Source: a virus
Taxonomy: Duplodnaviria > Caudoviricetes
Reading direction: 5' to 3' (one strand)
DNA: 30,494 nucleotides
Virus record (IMG/VR): IMGVR_UViG_3300027639_000002
Location: 1 to 30,494 of that record
Each line of letters starts with the position of its first letter. The stretch's first letter is position 1. Below, piece by piece: positions 1 to 7,404 of this stretch. The position numbers were made by a program, and so were the translations under genes. The notes beneath the pieces were generated by a model. That model ran no database searches. It was not told the DNA's origin and saw nothing but the letters and a program-made list of their open reading frames with translations.

Positions 1-840
1 CTTGTTCGTGCCCATAAACAAGAACGCATTTACCCGCATGGGATAGCCGGCCTTGTACTTCTCATTGATCATCATATCTTCGTGGGAGATGATCGAATTG
101 AGTTTGGTGTGGTCCTCAATCTTGGACAAATCGCCCTCATGTTGGATTGCAACCAGGGGGTTGGATTTGAATGCTTCGGTCGAGAAATTGTTATTACTCC
201 CGACAAGCGCTTTAGCCTCGAAGACTGTTGTGTAACCTTCGAACAGTTTCTGAATTATGTTCAGGACCGTCGATTTCCCCGTACCAGCCGGACCATAGAG
301 CACCAAGAATTTCTGTAACTTCTTAGAGTCGCCCGAAACAACGGCCCCGATTGCCCATTCAATTTTTGCTCGCTCCTGAGGGTCATATAGTGTCCCCATA
401 AGCTCGTCCCAGGCGCGATGCTCGCCAGGAGCAAGTACGTAAGGAAGTCTCCTAGAGACATAGTCGCCCTTCTTGACTTCTGTATTAGCGAAAGCCAGCG
501 TTTCATCGAGTTGATGACTGTTGTCGCTTATGTTGCCTACGAATCTCCTGAATTGATTCCATCCGTTGTTACCGAAGGAACGGAGATATCGGACAACACA
601 CTTTCGACCCTTGGCTTCTTCCTTTTTGGCGAACTCTTGAAGAGCTTGATCCACCAGGCGCTGAACATCGTACTCGTCGGTGGACCACAGTTGTGTTTCC
701 TCGTCCCAAATTGCATAGAACGAACGTCCTCGAACCATCAGATCTTTAGATCGACCGACAGTGAAATCGGGGAAGATTTCCAAGGATCCCTTGTGTTGAC
801 CCTTCTCAATCTCTCGCGTCCCGATTTGAAAGAAATCCAT
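1..840 (-). CDS. SF3 (D5-like) helicase / primase-helicase, 5' part; runs off the window
   Basis: Not in the ORF track. Manual translation from ATG 840 (GGAGG RBS just upstream) is open for 280 codons to base 1: MDFFQIGTRE... with Walker A LYGPAGTGKST, Walker B-like VAIQHEGD and SF3 motif C FLFMGTN. Confidence 0.9.
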   Translation of the reverse strand, partial: MDFFQIGTREIEKGQHKGSLEIFPDFTVGRSKDLMVRGRSFYAIWDEETQLWSTDEYDVQRLVDQALQEFAKKEEAKGRKCVVRYLRSFGNNGWNQFRRFVGNISDNSHQLDETLAFANTEVKKGDYVSRRLPYVLAPGEHRAWDELMGTLYDPQERAKIEWAIGAVVSGDSKKLQKFLVLYGPAGTGKSTVLNIIQKLFEGYTTVFEAKALVGSNNNFSTEAFKSNPLVAIQHEGDLSKIEDHTKLNSIISHEDMMINEKYKAGYPMRVNAFLFMGTNK

Positions 841-856
841 ATAACCTCCTCCCGGT

Positions 857-1384
857 CTAGTGGCGTTCGAGGACGTAGGCACTCATCTGGTACCAGATCT
901 CGATTTTTCGCTGATCCTCGCGTGGCTGTTGTAGGGGGAATATACCACCCTCGCCACTGTCACTATATGTTCGCCAAATGACGATCTCTAATATCTCGTT
1001 GATCGTGTCTTCGGTAAATCTGGTGCGATCTGTATAACCTCGCAGGCCCAGATTATCTATCATTTCCCAAAACCAATAGCGGGGCTCTCCCTCAGCTTCG
1101 AAAGAGAGCCTACGCGACAAGGCAACGAGAAGTTCAAGCATGGAGCAGCCCAGATGCATCCATCCGAAATCCACATTCATTATTTTTTGCTGGTCGACGA
1201 ACTCGAGTCTTAAATCCTTACCATCTTCTATTCGATTGTCATCATTTGGCACGATCCAGACGAACTCCTTGACGAACAGGAGCTTCAACATCCGCCAATA
1301 AGTTCGGGATGGATTCTTGACACGAGGATCGGCGACTTGACTGTAGAGCCATGTGAAATATAGCTCGTCAAGTGGCGCCTGCAT
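857..1384 (-). CDS. Hypothetical phage protein (175 aa), directly upstream of the helicase
   Basis: Tightly packed ORF, Trp/aromatic-rich globular sequence (YFTWLYSQV, NDDNRIEDG, CSMLELLVALS, EIWYQM). Confidence 0.8.
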   Translation of the reverse strand: MQAPLDELYFTWLYSQVADPRVKNPSRTYWRMLKLLFVKEFVWIVPNDDNRIEDGKDLRLEFVDQQKIMNVDFGWMHLGCSMLELLVALSRRLSFEAEGEPRYWFWEMIDNLGLRGYTDRTRFTEDTINEILEIVIWRTYSDSGEGGIFPLQQPREDQRKIEIWYQMSAYVLERH

Positions 1385-1396
1385 TCATCTGCCCGC

Positions 1397-2068
1397 CTAG
1401 CCGTCAAGACCTAGGACTTCGACGGAGTACTTCCCCGTACTGAGCAAGATCTCGAAGTTGGCCTTAAGTCTCTCGCTACGAACATAGACCGCGTTTGGAT
1501 CGTTGGAGCGGTGTCCGAAACGAAGATTCTCTTCTCCAACATACTTGATGTCGTACGGCTCATCCTTGTCATCACACAAGACGTCATCGCCTCGGTAGTA
1601 AGTGAGCGTAACGTTGTCGTATTCTTCTTCGTTTTCCCTATTCTCACGAACCGAGATGATGTACGGCCGAGTGCGATCCCGAGAGGCAACCTCCGCCTCA
1701 AAGGATTCATCCTCGTCACTTGCTCCGTTGAATACGTTTTGTCGCGGATCGAATTCCATGGGTGGTGCCACCCCGCCTTCGACAGCGTTGTACTTTAGCT
1801 TTTGAACAACCCGCTCCAGTTCTTCGTTGGTGGGTTCGCGATGGTCGACAGCAGCTATAGCCGCATCGCCGATGAGATCCTTGACTGCGTCCTGAGGAGT
1901 CGGGTACTTCGTCTTGGACTCGTAGTAGGTACGAGTGCGCTCGATCTCCTCTTCCATCTGCTCGTTGTACTTGTCATTCAGCCGGCGTACGGCGAGTTGA
2001 TAACCCGCAGCGCCACCTGCCGCGGCAGAGATCAAAGCAACCCCAACCACAAGTAGGAACTTCTTCAT
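1397..2068 (-). CDS. Hypothetical protein with N-terminal membrane anchor and acidic C-domain (223 aa)
   Basis: GGAGG RBS; MKKFLLVVGVALISAAAGGAAGY hydrophobic N-terminus, followed by a coiled-coil-like EEEIERTR segment. Confidence 0.8.
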   Translation of the reverse strand: MKKFLLVVGVALISAAAGGAAGYQLAVRRLNDKYNEQMEEEIERTRTYYESKTKYPTPQDAVKDLIGDAAIAAVDHREPTNEELERVVQKLKYNAVEGGVAPPMEFDPRQNVFNGASDEDESFEAEVASRDRTRPYIISVRENRENEEEYDNVTLTYYRGDDVLCDDKDEPYDIKYVGEENLRFGHRSNDPNAVYVRSERLKANFEILLSTGKYSVEVLGLDG

Positions 2069-2080
2069 CGCCAGACCCTC

Positions 2081-2971
2081 CTAGATCTTGTCCCAGATGG
2101 GTCCATCGACATTGAAGTCGAGCAGGACGGCGTCGTTCCAACCATTCACGAAGTCCCGGAAACCCTCGTTGTTTGGATCGAATATACCGAAGTCGACGTA
2201 GTCATCTCCGCCAGATCCAAGGACCCAGCCCACAACGGCACCCTCACGAGTTCGTTTCATCCCCAGCATGTCGTAAACCTCGTTGAGGAATACGTGGCCT
2301 CGAGCTCGCAGCAAATCATTCGCGTGGCTCATCTGGCACTTGAGGAACATCACGTTGTAGGACGGCTGGCGATTCCAGTTCGGAGAGCTCTCATCGAAAT
2401 ACTTGGCGTAGATCGAGGCGCCGTCTTTACCTACCCGCTGAATGGTCTTGATGACCGGACCGTTCTTGGTTTCCTCGACAATCTCAACATCTCGAGTGCC
2501 GTAGCGGAATTCTTGGTCCCGCTCCTTCCCGAAGGCGTTTACCACACGATCGCGATACTGCTTGAAACCCTTGTCGAGCGCTGCGTATGCCGCGGCCAAC
2601 CCCACGTTCCTACGATTCAACGTCACGTGAGATCCCGTGAGCGCAGCGATTGTGGTGATCCCCACAAGAATCGCAGGGCCGTACAGCTTGGCAATCTTGG
2701 TGCCGGTGCGAAGATAGATCAGGACAATATCCCGCTGACGATCCTCGTCGGAGTACTTGACACTCTCCAGAGTGCGGGCCGTCTTGAGATCTTCCTCTGC
2801 CTCGTTGAGCACTTCCTCGAGCTTCAGGGTTGCACGGGCAGCCAGGACTGCAGTTCCCACCACACCAGCAATACCCACCGCGAACAGAATTGCCGGCGAG
2901 TGTTTCTGGGTCGTGAGAATCTGACGACCCACCTTGCTTGTTACCAGGTCTTTCAAAGACTTGAGATTCAT
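2081..2971 (-). CDS. DUF6353-like membrane-associated phage protein, paralogue A (296 aa)
   Basis: HSPAILFAVGIAGVVGTAVLAARAT and LYGPAILVG hydrophobic segments, C-terminal LNEVYDMLG...VGW; aligns by eye with 4937..5707. Family name is from recall. Confidence 0.8.
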   Translation of the reverse strand: MNLKSLKDLVTSKVGRQILTTQKHSPAILFAVGIAGVVGTAVLAARATLKLEEVLNEAEEDLKTARTLESVKYSDEDRQRDIVLIYLRTGTKIAKLYGPAILVGITTIAALTGSHVTLNRRNVGLAAAYAALDKGFKQYRDRVVNAFGKERDQEFRYGTRDVEIVEETKNGPVIKTIQRVGKDGASIYAKYFDESSPNWNRQPSYNVMFLKCQMSHANDLLRARGHVFLNEVYDMLGMKRTREGAVVGWVLGSGGDDYVDFGIFDPNNEGFRDFVNGWNDAVLLDFNVDGPIWDKI

Positions 2972-2997
2972 TATATACCTTTCTTGAATAGCAACGT

Positions 2998-3621
2998 TTA
3001 GTTGATGGGTTCGGGTTTCGGCAAGTCAAGCAAATATCCCGCTCGAGTCTTTGTCACACCGGCCCCCCGCATATCAGACCAGCCCCACTTGTGGTCGATA
3101 GGCGTTGGTGTCTCGCCAACCAATTCATACAAGTCAGCTACCGAGACGGTTTCGTACCTAGATATAATGTCGAACATGCGCTCAATGACTTCCTGTGCCT
3201 CAGCTCGTGTGGCCAGCACAAGGTCATCGAAGTTCTGCACGCCTCGAGTGCGTCGGTTAGCTTCTCTCGCTTCGTCTGGTCTTGTATATGGGGTCGATGA
3301 CGAGAAGCGATTGTATGAAACATATCCGCTGGAACCACTCGAGCGAGAGCCGGTACGACGGTGAGGAGGCTTTCCGTCCCCATATAGGAATCGATCAACC
3401 ATCTGGCTGAACGCATCCGAGGCCAAATCCTTTGCGGCCGGCACAACAACGTCGAATAGGATATAACCCATAACGCTGCTAGCGTCTTCGCCACTGACGA
3501 AAGTCTCCATGAAACGCCGACCAAGAGACTTTTGCTTCCGGGTGACCTCCCCAAGTACAATTTTCTCTATTTTCTTCGGCTCTTGTGGTTTGGGAGCCTG
3601 ACTGTTGCTAGGAAAGTCCAT
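2998..3621 (-). CDS. Hypothetical phage protein (207 aa)
   Basis: GAGG RBS; C-terminal VADLYELVG...WGW motif resembling the DUF6353-like paralogues. Confidence 0.8.
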   Translation of the reverse strand: MDFPSNSQAPKPQEPKKIEKIVLGEVTRKQKSLGRRFMETFVSGEDASSVMGYILFDVVVPAAKDLASDAFSQMVDRFLYGDGKPPHRRTGSRSSGSSGYVSYNRFSSSTPYTRPDEAREANRRTRGVQNFDDLVLATRAEAQEVIERMFDIISRYETVSVADLYELVGETPTPIDHKWGWSDMRGAGVTKTRAGYLLDLPKPEPIN

Positions 3622-3640
3622 ATTTCCTCGAATTCGGGGG

Positions 3641-3674
3641 AAAACTAAAAGCCCGTGTTAGGGGCTGTTAGTTT
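3641..3674 (-). terminator. Intrinsic terminator-like hairpin T1
   Basis: Minus strand AAACTAACAGCCC-CTAACAC-GGGCTTTTAGTTTT, 6 nt after the stop at 3681. Confidence 0.75.
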
Positions 3675-3680
3675 GGTGGT

Positions 3681-3944
3681 CTACTCGGAGAGGTGACGAC
3701 CTTCATCAATGCCTTTTTTGATCTCTTGCCACTTGGCAATCAGTTCATCGATCATCGAATCCGTGTACTTCTTCGCACCACTAGCAACCAATCCGCTCAG
3801 AACCCACGTTGCAGCCTCGACGGCGACCTTATCAGTCACTTTCGAGATGTCAACATTGTTCTTAACGATGGCCTTAATGATGATCTTGGTACCGGTTCCA
3901 ACGACGAAGCTGATCGCCATTTTGGCGAAATCGGTTTTAGTCAT
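3681..3944 (-). CDS. Small hypothetical cassette protein (87 aa, MTKTDFAKMA...)
   Basis: Start moved to ATG 3944: AAAGGA RBS, and conserved promoter P1 lies upstream of it but inside the longer track ORF. Confidence 0.75.
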   Translation of the reverse strand: MTKTDFAKMAISFVVGTGTKIIIKAIVKNNVDISKVTDKVAVEAATWVLSGLVASGAKKYTDSMIDELIAKWQEIKKGIDEGRHLSE

Positions 3945-3966
3945 GGAGGGTCCTTTCTCAGGGGTA

Positions 3967-3999
3967 GGGGTCTCACTATAGAGCGTGTTTTTCTTGCGA
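3967..3999 (-). promoter_or_regulatory. Conserved 33-bp phage promoter motif P1
   Basis: TCGCAA-GAAAAA-CA-CGCTC-TATAGT-GAGACCCC, one of four copies, each upstream of an RBS and ATG. Confidence 0.8.
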
Positions 4000-4022
4000 T
4001 AGACGGGACACATTTTCATCCA

Positions 4023-4122
4023 GGGTGGGGCTGGATTCTCGGCTGTCGTTTACAAGTCAGCATCCTGAGTAAGGCTTTCGTCAGACCCCTAAGACGTCTA
4101 CCTTTGCTGAATCTCCCCATCT
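4023..4122 (-). ncRNA. Candidate structured intergenic RNA / processing element R1
   Basis: Nested inverted repeats: 4109-4122 with 4023-4038, 4105-4110 with 4057-4062, 4100-4104 with 4071-4075, 4096-4099 with 4083-4086. Confidence 0.35.
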
Positions 4123-4135
4123 ATCGGTTTACCCA

Positions 4136-4675
4136 TTAACGCTTTGTCATGGCGATCAGCAGAAGACTTCGCGGAATGTTGTTCCCAGGAAGAGTGCTCA
4201 AGAGACGCTGGAACTCCTCCTTCGACATGGCGTCAAGCTCCTCGGGTGTGTAGTCGTCCGGGAAAGCCTTCGCCTTCGGAGCACCGAGTTGCTCGAGATC
4301 GCCTGATGCCTTCAGCTTCTTGGCCAGATCGGCTGGCAGAATGCCCGCACACCACTCCGCACACGTTTTGGGGTCCGTGAGAAATTCTATCAACAGCGAT
4401 GAGAACGCCTCACTGTTCATGAATTGCTCGGTGACTTCCTCAGAACGATAGAACTCGTCGTCCTTACGAATTCCGACCGACTTGCGAATCAGCTGCTCCA
4501 AGACCTCGATGATCTTGGCGACATCTTGCTCCCGCATGATCTGATTCATAGCCCGCTCAAGGCCACCCATCTCAGAATCCATCCGGAACATCTCTGTTGG
4601 CGGGATGCTGAAATAGTAGGTCTTGATCCGCGGGTTTCCGTCAAGATCAGTGACCGAAATATCCTTCTTGATCAT
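4136..4675 (-). CDS. Hypothetical phage protein (179 aa, MIKKDISVTDLDGN...)
   Basis: Start moved to ATG 4675 (GGAAGG/AAGGA RBS); the longer track ORF overlaps gene 4716..4928. Confidence 0.8.
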   Translation of the reverse strand: MIKKDISVTDLDGNPRIKTYYFSIPPTEMFRMDSEMGGLERAMNQIMREQDVAKIIEVLEQLIRKSVGIRKDDEFYRSEEVTEQFMNSEAFSSLLIEFLTDPKTCAEWCAGILPADLAKKLKASGDLEQLGAPKAKAFPDDYTPEELDAMSKEEFQRLLSTLPGNNIPRSLLLIAMTKR

Positions 4676-4715
4676 TCCTTGCCTTCCGATTCTGCGTTGA
4701 GTGATTTGGTCGAAA

Positions 4716-4928
4716 CTAGCTCTTGACGGCCTCAGGCACGACCTCTTCGCCGTGCTTCCGAAACTTGCGATACAGCATGACCCCGCCGACCACCAGCAAA
4801 CCCGCACCAGCAGCGATGATCACTCGCTTCGGCGTGAGGAGGGCAGCGTTCGCTTGAACCACCTCCACGGCAGTCTCCGCGGTTTCCATGACAGCATCTT
4901 CGACGACGGGAGGGACAATTTTTGCCAT
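4716..4928 (-). CDS. Small single-pass membrane protein (70 aa)
   Basis: AGGAG RBS; VIIAAGAGLLVVGGVMLY followed by basic RKFRK. Confidence 0.8.
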   Translation of the reverse strand: MAKIVPPVVEDAVMETAETAVEVVQANAALLTPKRVIIAAGAGLLVVGGVMLYRKFRKHGEEVVPEAVKS

Positions 4929-4936
4929 TTCTTCTC

Positions 4937-5707
4937 CTACATTAGACGGCTATAGCCGCGGATTGGGAATGTCTTGAAATCGATTGCGATGCAGGGTTGG
5001 CCGTCCTTAGCCAGCGTGGTGGTGAATTTCACGTCGAGCACAGTGTCCAAATTCCAACCGACGTCATTGGATATACTGGTGGCCGACAGACCAATTCGAT
5101 CGTAGAAATCCGACAACGATGCGAATGAGTCATTGATGACCTGAAGGTTGATGTCGTTCACAGCTTTCCGAATGGACTCCACATCACTTCGGAAATATCG
5201 ACCGGTATACAAGTCATAACACAACTGTTCGCCAGTACCGATAAGGATGACCTCACGATCCTTCAAAGGATCATTGTTGACGCGATCCTGGGCGATCTCG
5301 TCTCGGTAACCCTGCTCTTTTCTAGCGCCAACCTTCTCGACGATTTTGGCCTTGTATTCTTCCAAGGCCTTCTCTGAAATTGTGAACGCGGCAGCTAAGG
5401 CAACAGCACGGCGATGCTCGATACGGTTTGCGAGAACAATGCAAGTAACCGTCAGCAAACCAGTAGTAACTGCTGGAATATACAGTTTCCATACCAGTTC
5501 TACCTTCTCTTTGGCCGGCATCCACAAATCATGTACGTCCTGCGCCTCATTACGCTCTCGGATAAGCTCGGCGGCTTTGAATGTTGCCTTCCCCACAAGA
5601 TATGCAGTTGTGATCGTACCTGCCACTCCAGCAGCGGTCAGAATTGCCGGCGAGTTGTGCGTAACGAGCTTCTCTGCTCGCTTGGCGAGCTGCACGAGGC
5701 TAAGCAT
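4937..5707 (-). CDS. DUF6353-like membrane-associated phage protein, paralogue B (256 aa)
   Basis: NSPAILTAAGVAGTITTAYLVGKAT, LYIPAVTTG and LSDFYDRIG...VGW; homologous by eye to 2081..2971. Confidence 0.8.
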   Translation of the reverse strand: MLSLVQLAKRAEKLVTHNSPAILTAAGVAGTITTAYLVGKATFKAAELIRERNEAQDVHDLWMPAKEKVELVWKLYIPAVTTGLLTVTCIVLANRIEHRRAVALAAAFTISEKALEEYKAKIVEKVGARKEQGYRDEIAQDRVNNDPLKDREVILIGTGEQLCYDLYTGRYFRSDVESIRKAVNDINLQVINDSFASLSDFYDRIGLSATSISNDVGWNLDTVLDVKFTTTLAKDGQPCIAIDFKTFPIRGYSRLM

Positions 5708-5927
5708 TGGTTTTCCAACTCAACTCTTCGTACTCACGCTCTTCTTCCATCGGGTGAATATACTTCGATCCACCAGGAAGATACTTGGCATTCTCGATTG
5801 TCTGGTTAGCTGCGGAAAACCTTCGAGGAAGCTTAATGATCTTGTTAACGATCGTAAGAGCCAGGAAGGTACCGCCGATATAGCTCCAGATTTGGAAACC
5901 CATCTCAATGGCTGGGTGAAATTTCAT
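5700..5927 (-). CDS. Small membrane protein (75 aa, MKFHPAIEMG...)
   Basis: Start moved to ATG 5927 with AGGAGG RBS; hydrophobic IWSYIGGTFLALTIV. Confidence 0.7.
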   Translation of the reverse strand: MKFHPAIEMGFQIWSYIGGTFLALTIVNKIIKLPRRFSAANQTIENAKYLPGGSKYIHPMEEEREYEELSWKTNA

Positions 5928-5935
5928 AATGCCTC

Positions 5936-6325
5936 CTAGAACAATGGGGCGATTTCTTCCTTCTCGCGAATCAACGCAGCGAAGAAGTTCTCGTCGTTGT
6001 AGATTGGTTCCCTTGGTGCTGCGAACGCGAACTCCCTGGACTGAGAGTACGACGGCTTGGTCTTGTCGTATCGGTGTGCGCCAGGCTTCTTTCCTGCAGC
6101 CCGATATATAGCGACCCATTCGGAGAAATACGTAGTTCCGTCGGTGTTGAGCTGACTCAGATCCTCGCGGTTCCTTGCCAGCTCCAGACTTCGCTCAACA
6201 CGCATTTCCTGTAACTCATCATGGACGTACGTCCCTAGTGTTGCTAGGAGCAGGATTACTGACACTGCCAACCCCGCCTTCACGATGAAGAGGAGTGCCT
6301 GGAGGATGTTCATGATCGTTTCCAT
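5936..6325 (-). CDS. Membrane-anchored hypothetical protein (129 aa)
   Basis: Purine-rich AAAGGGAAAG RBS; long N-terminal hydrophobic stretch. Confidence 0.75.
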   Translation of the reverse strand: METIMNILQALLFIVKAGLAVSVILLLATLGTYVHDELQEMRVERSLELARNREDLSQLNTDGTTYFSEWVAIYRAAGKKPGAHRYDKTKPSYSQSREFAFAAPREPIYNDENFFAALIREKEEIAPLF

Positions 6326-6366
6326 TTTCTTTCCCTTTCATTTGACGGGGTTTTATATAAATCTAA

Positions 6367-6449
6367 GACGTCCCTACCATTCTCATCGCTCACACACCGC
6401 TCGGGGAGCCACTGTGCTGACGGCATTTTTATCGAATAGTAGGGACGCC
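6367..6449 (-). ncRNA. Candidate structured intergenic RNA / RNase III-type hairpin R2
   Basis: 16-bp stem GGCGTCCCTACTATTC / GAATGGTAGGGACGTC. Both non-Watson-Crick positions are G-U pairs on the minus strand; inner GCTC-CCC-GAGC hairpin. Confidence 0.5.
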
Positions 6450-6452
6450 GTA

Positions 6453-6493
6453 GAAAAACATAAAACCAAAGACCGTGTTAGGGTCAGTGGTTT
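6453..6493 (-). terminator. Intrinsic terminator-like hairpin T2
   Basis: AAACCACTGACC-CTAACAC-GGTCTTTGGTTTTATGTTTTTC just after the stop at 6502; same loop as T1. Confidence 0.75.
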
Positions 6494-6501
6494 CGAGTTG
6501 A

Positions 6502-6675
6502 TTACTCCTTGATGGCGTAGTACTGGTCGGTCAGATTGTGCTCGTCCAGGAACTTGTTCAGCTCACTCTGGTTACGCATGATCAGCAGGATGAACGCGGT
6601 GGCGGTCAGTCCAACAGAAATGGCAACTCGGTGCTTCTTCACAAAGTTCACTAGGAACGAAATCTTCTGCGACAT
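6502..6675 (-). CDS. Small membrane cassette protein (57 aa, MSQKISFLVN...)
   Basis: Start moved to ATG 6675 (AAGGAG RBS, promoter P2 upstream); TM segment VAISVGLTATAFILLIM. Confidence 0.75.
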   Translation of the reverse strand: MSQKISFLVNFVKKHRVAISVGLTATAFILLIMRNQSELNKFLDEHNLTDQYYAIKE

Positions 6676-6698
6676 AGTCTTCTCCTTTTCAGAAGTTA

Positions 6699-6731
6699 GG
6701 GGTCTCACTATAGGCCCTGTAATTTCTGCGA
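6699..6731 (-). promoter_or_regulatory. Conserved 33-bp phage promoter motif P2
   Basis: TCGCAG-AAATTA-CA-GGGCC-TATAGT-GAGACCCC. Confidence 0.8.
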
Positions 6732-6733
6732 GA

Positions 6734-6766
6734 GAAAACCTAAAACCCTTGTGGGGTCTAGGTTTT
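6734..6766 (-). terminator. Intrinsic terminator-like hairpin T3
   Basis: AAAACCTAGACCC-CACAA-GGGTTTTAGGTTTTC after the stop at 6775, abutting P2. Confidence 0.7.
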
Positions 6767-6774
6767 GAGATCAC

Positions 6775-6921
6775 TTAGATAGTCCTGTTCTTCTCTCGCT
6801 TTTCTTGAATATGCAGAATCGCAATGCCTATACTGACACCGGCGAATAACGCGACGATGCCCACAAGGGCAAGTTTGGCTTCTGCTTCTTCTTTGGTTGA
6901 AGCGGTGAAAAAGTCTTTCAT
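6775..6921 (-). CDS. Small membrane cassette protein (48 aa), missed by the ORF track
   Basis: AAGGAG RBS; MKDFFTASTKEEAEAKLALVGIVALFAGVSIGIAILHIQEKREKNRTI*, lying between promoter P3 and terminator T3. Confidence 0.8.
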   Translation of the reverse strand: MKDFFTASTKEEAEAKLALVGIVALFAGVSIGIAILHIQEKREKNRTI

Positions 6922-6936
6922 GATTTCTCCTTAGGC

Positions 6937-6969
6937 GGGGTCTCATTATAATGTATGCAAAACCTGCGA
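6937..6969 (-). promoter_or_regulatory. Conserved 33-bp phage promoter motif P3
   Basis: TCGCAG-GTTTTG-CA-TACAT-TATAAT-GAGACCCC, with a perfect TATAAT -10 box. Confidence 0.8.
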
Positions 6970-6978
6970 GCTTTTTTC

Positions 6979-7002
6979 GAAAATCTCACCCGGGGAATTT
7001 TC
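6979..7002. promoter_or_regulatory. Imperfect palindrome, related to one at the window end
   Basis: GAAAATCTCACCCGGGGAATTTTC. Confidence 0.4.
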
Positions 7003-7027
7003 CAGACCAAAAATTATAAGCCATGTC

Positions 7028-7072
7028 GAAAAACATAAAGAGTGCACAAGGGTCAGCTTGCACACTCTCTAC
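7028..7072 (-). terminator. Strong intrinsic terminator T4, probable end of the late transcript
   Basis: GTAGAGAGTGTGCAAG-CTGACC-CTTGTGCACTCTTTAT-GTTTTTC; long stem with G-U pairs and a U-tract. Confidence 0.8.
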
Positions 7073-7100
7073 GACGACCTTCATTTTGGGGTTCGGTTGT

Positions 7101-7388
7101 TCATCGAAGTTTTCCAACAAAGCCGAGCGCTTTCGTAGCAATGACGTGAATACGTTCGTGGTTCAGGATCAACAAGATTCCGGCGATATTTGCAGCGGCA
7201 GACAGCGCGACATCTGGGCTGGGAATCCAAGAGGGTTCTACATCCTTCTTGAGTTTCATCAGCTTGATTAATTGATCTGCTGCGGCCGAATATTCTTCGG
7301 TTTCTTCGTCGAGTCCTTTCAACGCACTAAACACATCCGCGATTGCTTCATCGAGCGGTGTAGGCTTGTTTTCTTTCTTCAGGAACAT
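7101..7388 (-). CDS. Small cassette protein with C-terminal hydrophobic segment (95 aa)
   Basis: AAGGAG RBS, promoter P4 upstream; VALSAAANIAGILLIL. Confidence 0.8.
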   Translation of the reverse strand: MFLKKENKPTPLDEAIADVFSALKGLDEETEEYSAAADQLIKLMKLKKDVEPSWIPSPDVALSAAANIAGILLILNHERIHVIATKALGFVGKLR

Positions 7389-7404
7389 GGTGTCTCCTTA
7401 AGTG

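Noticed and set aside
4030-4135. R1 as a hammerhead ribozyme (CUGACGA) or c-di-GMP-I riboswitch (GGUAAACC, GCAAAG, GACAGCC fragments)
   Set aside because: No stem II between CUGANGA and GAAA. The riboswitch-like fragments have wrong spacing and lack the GAAA-tetraloop stem. An Infernal scan would be needed.
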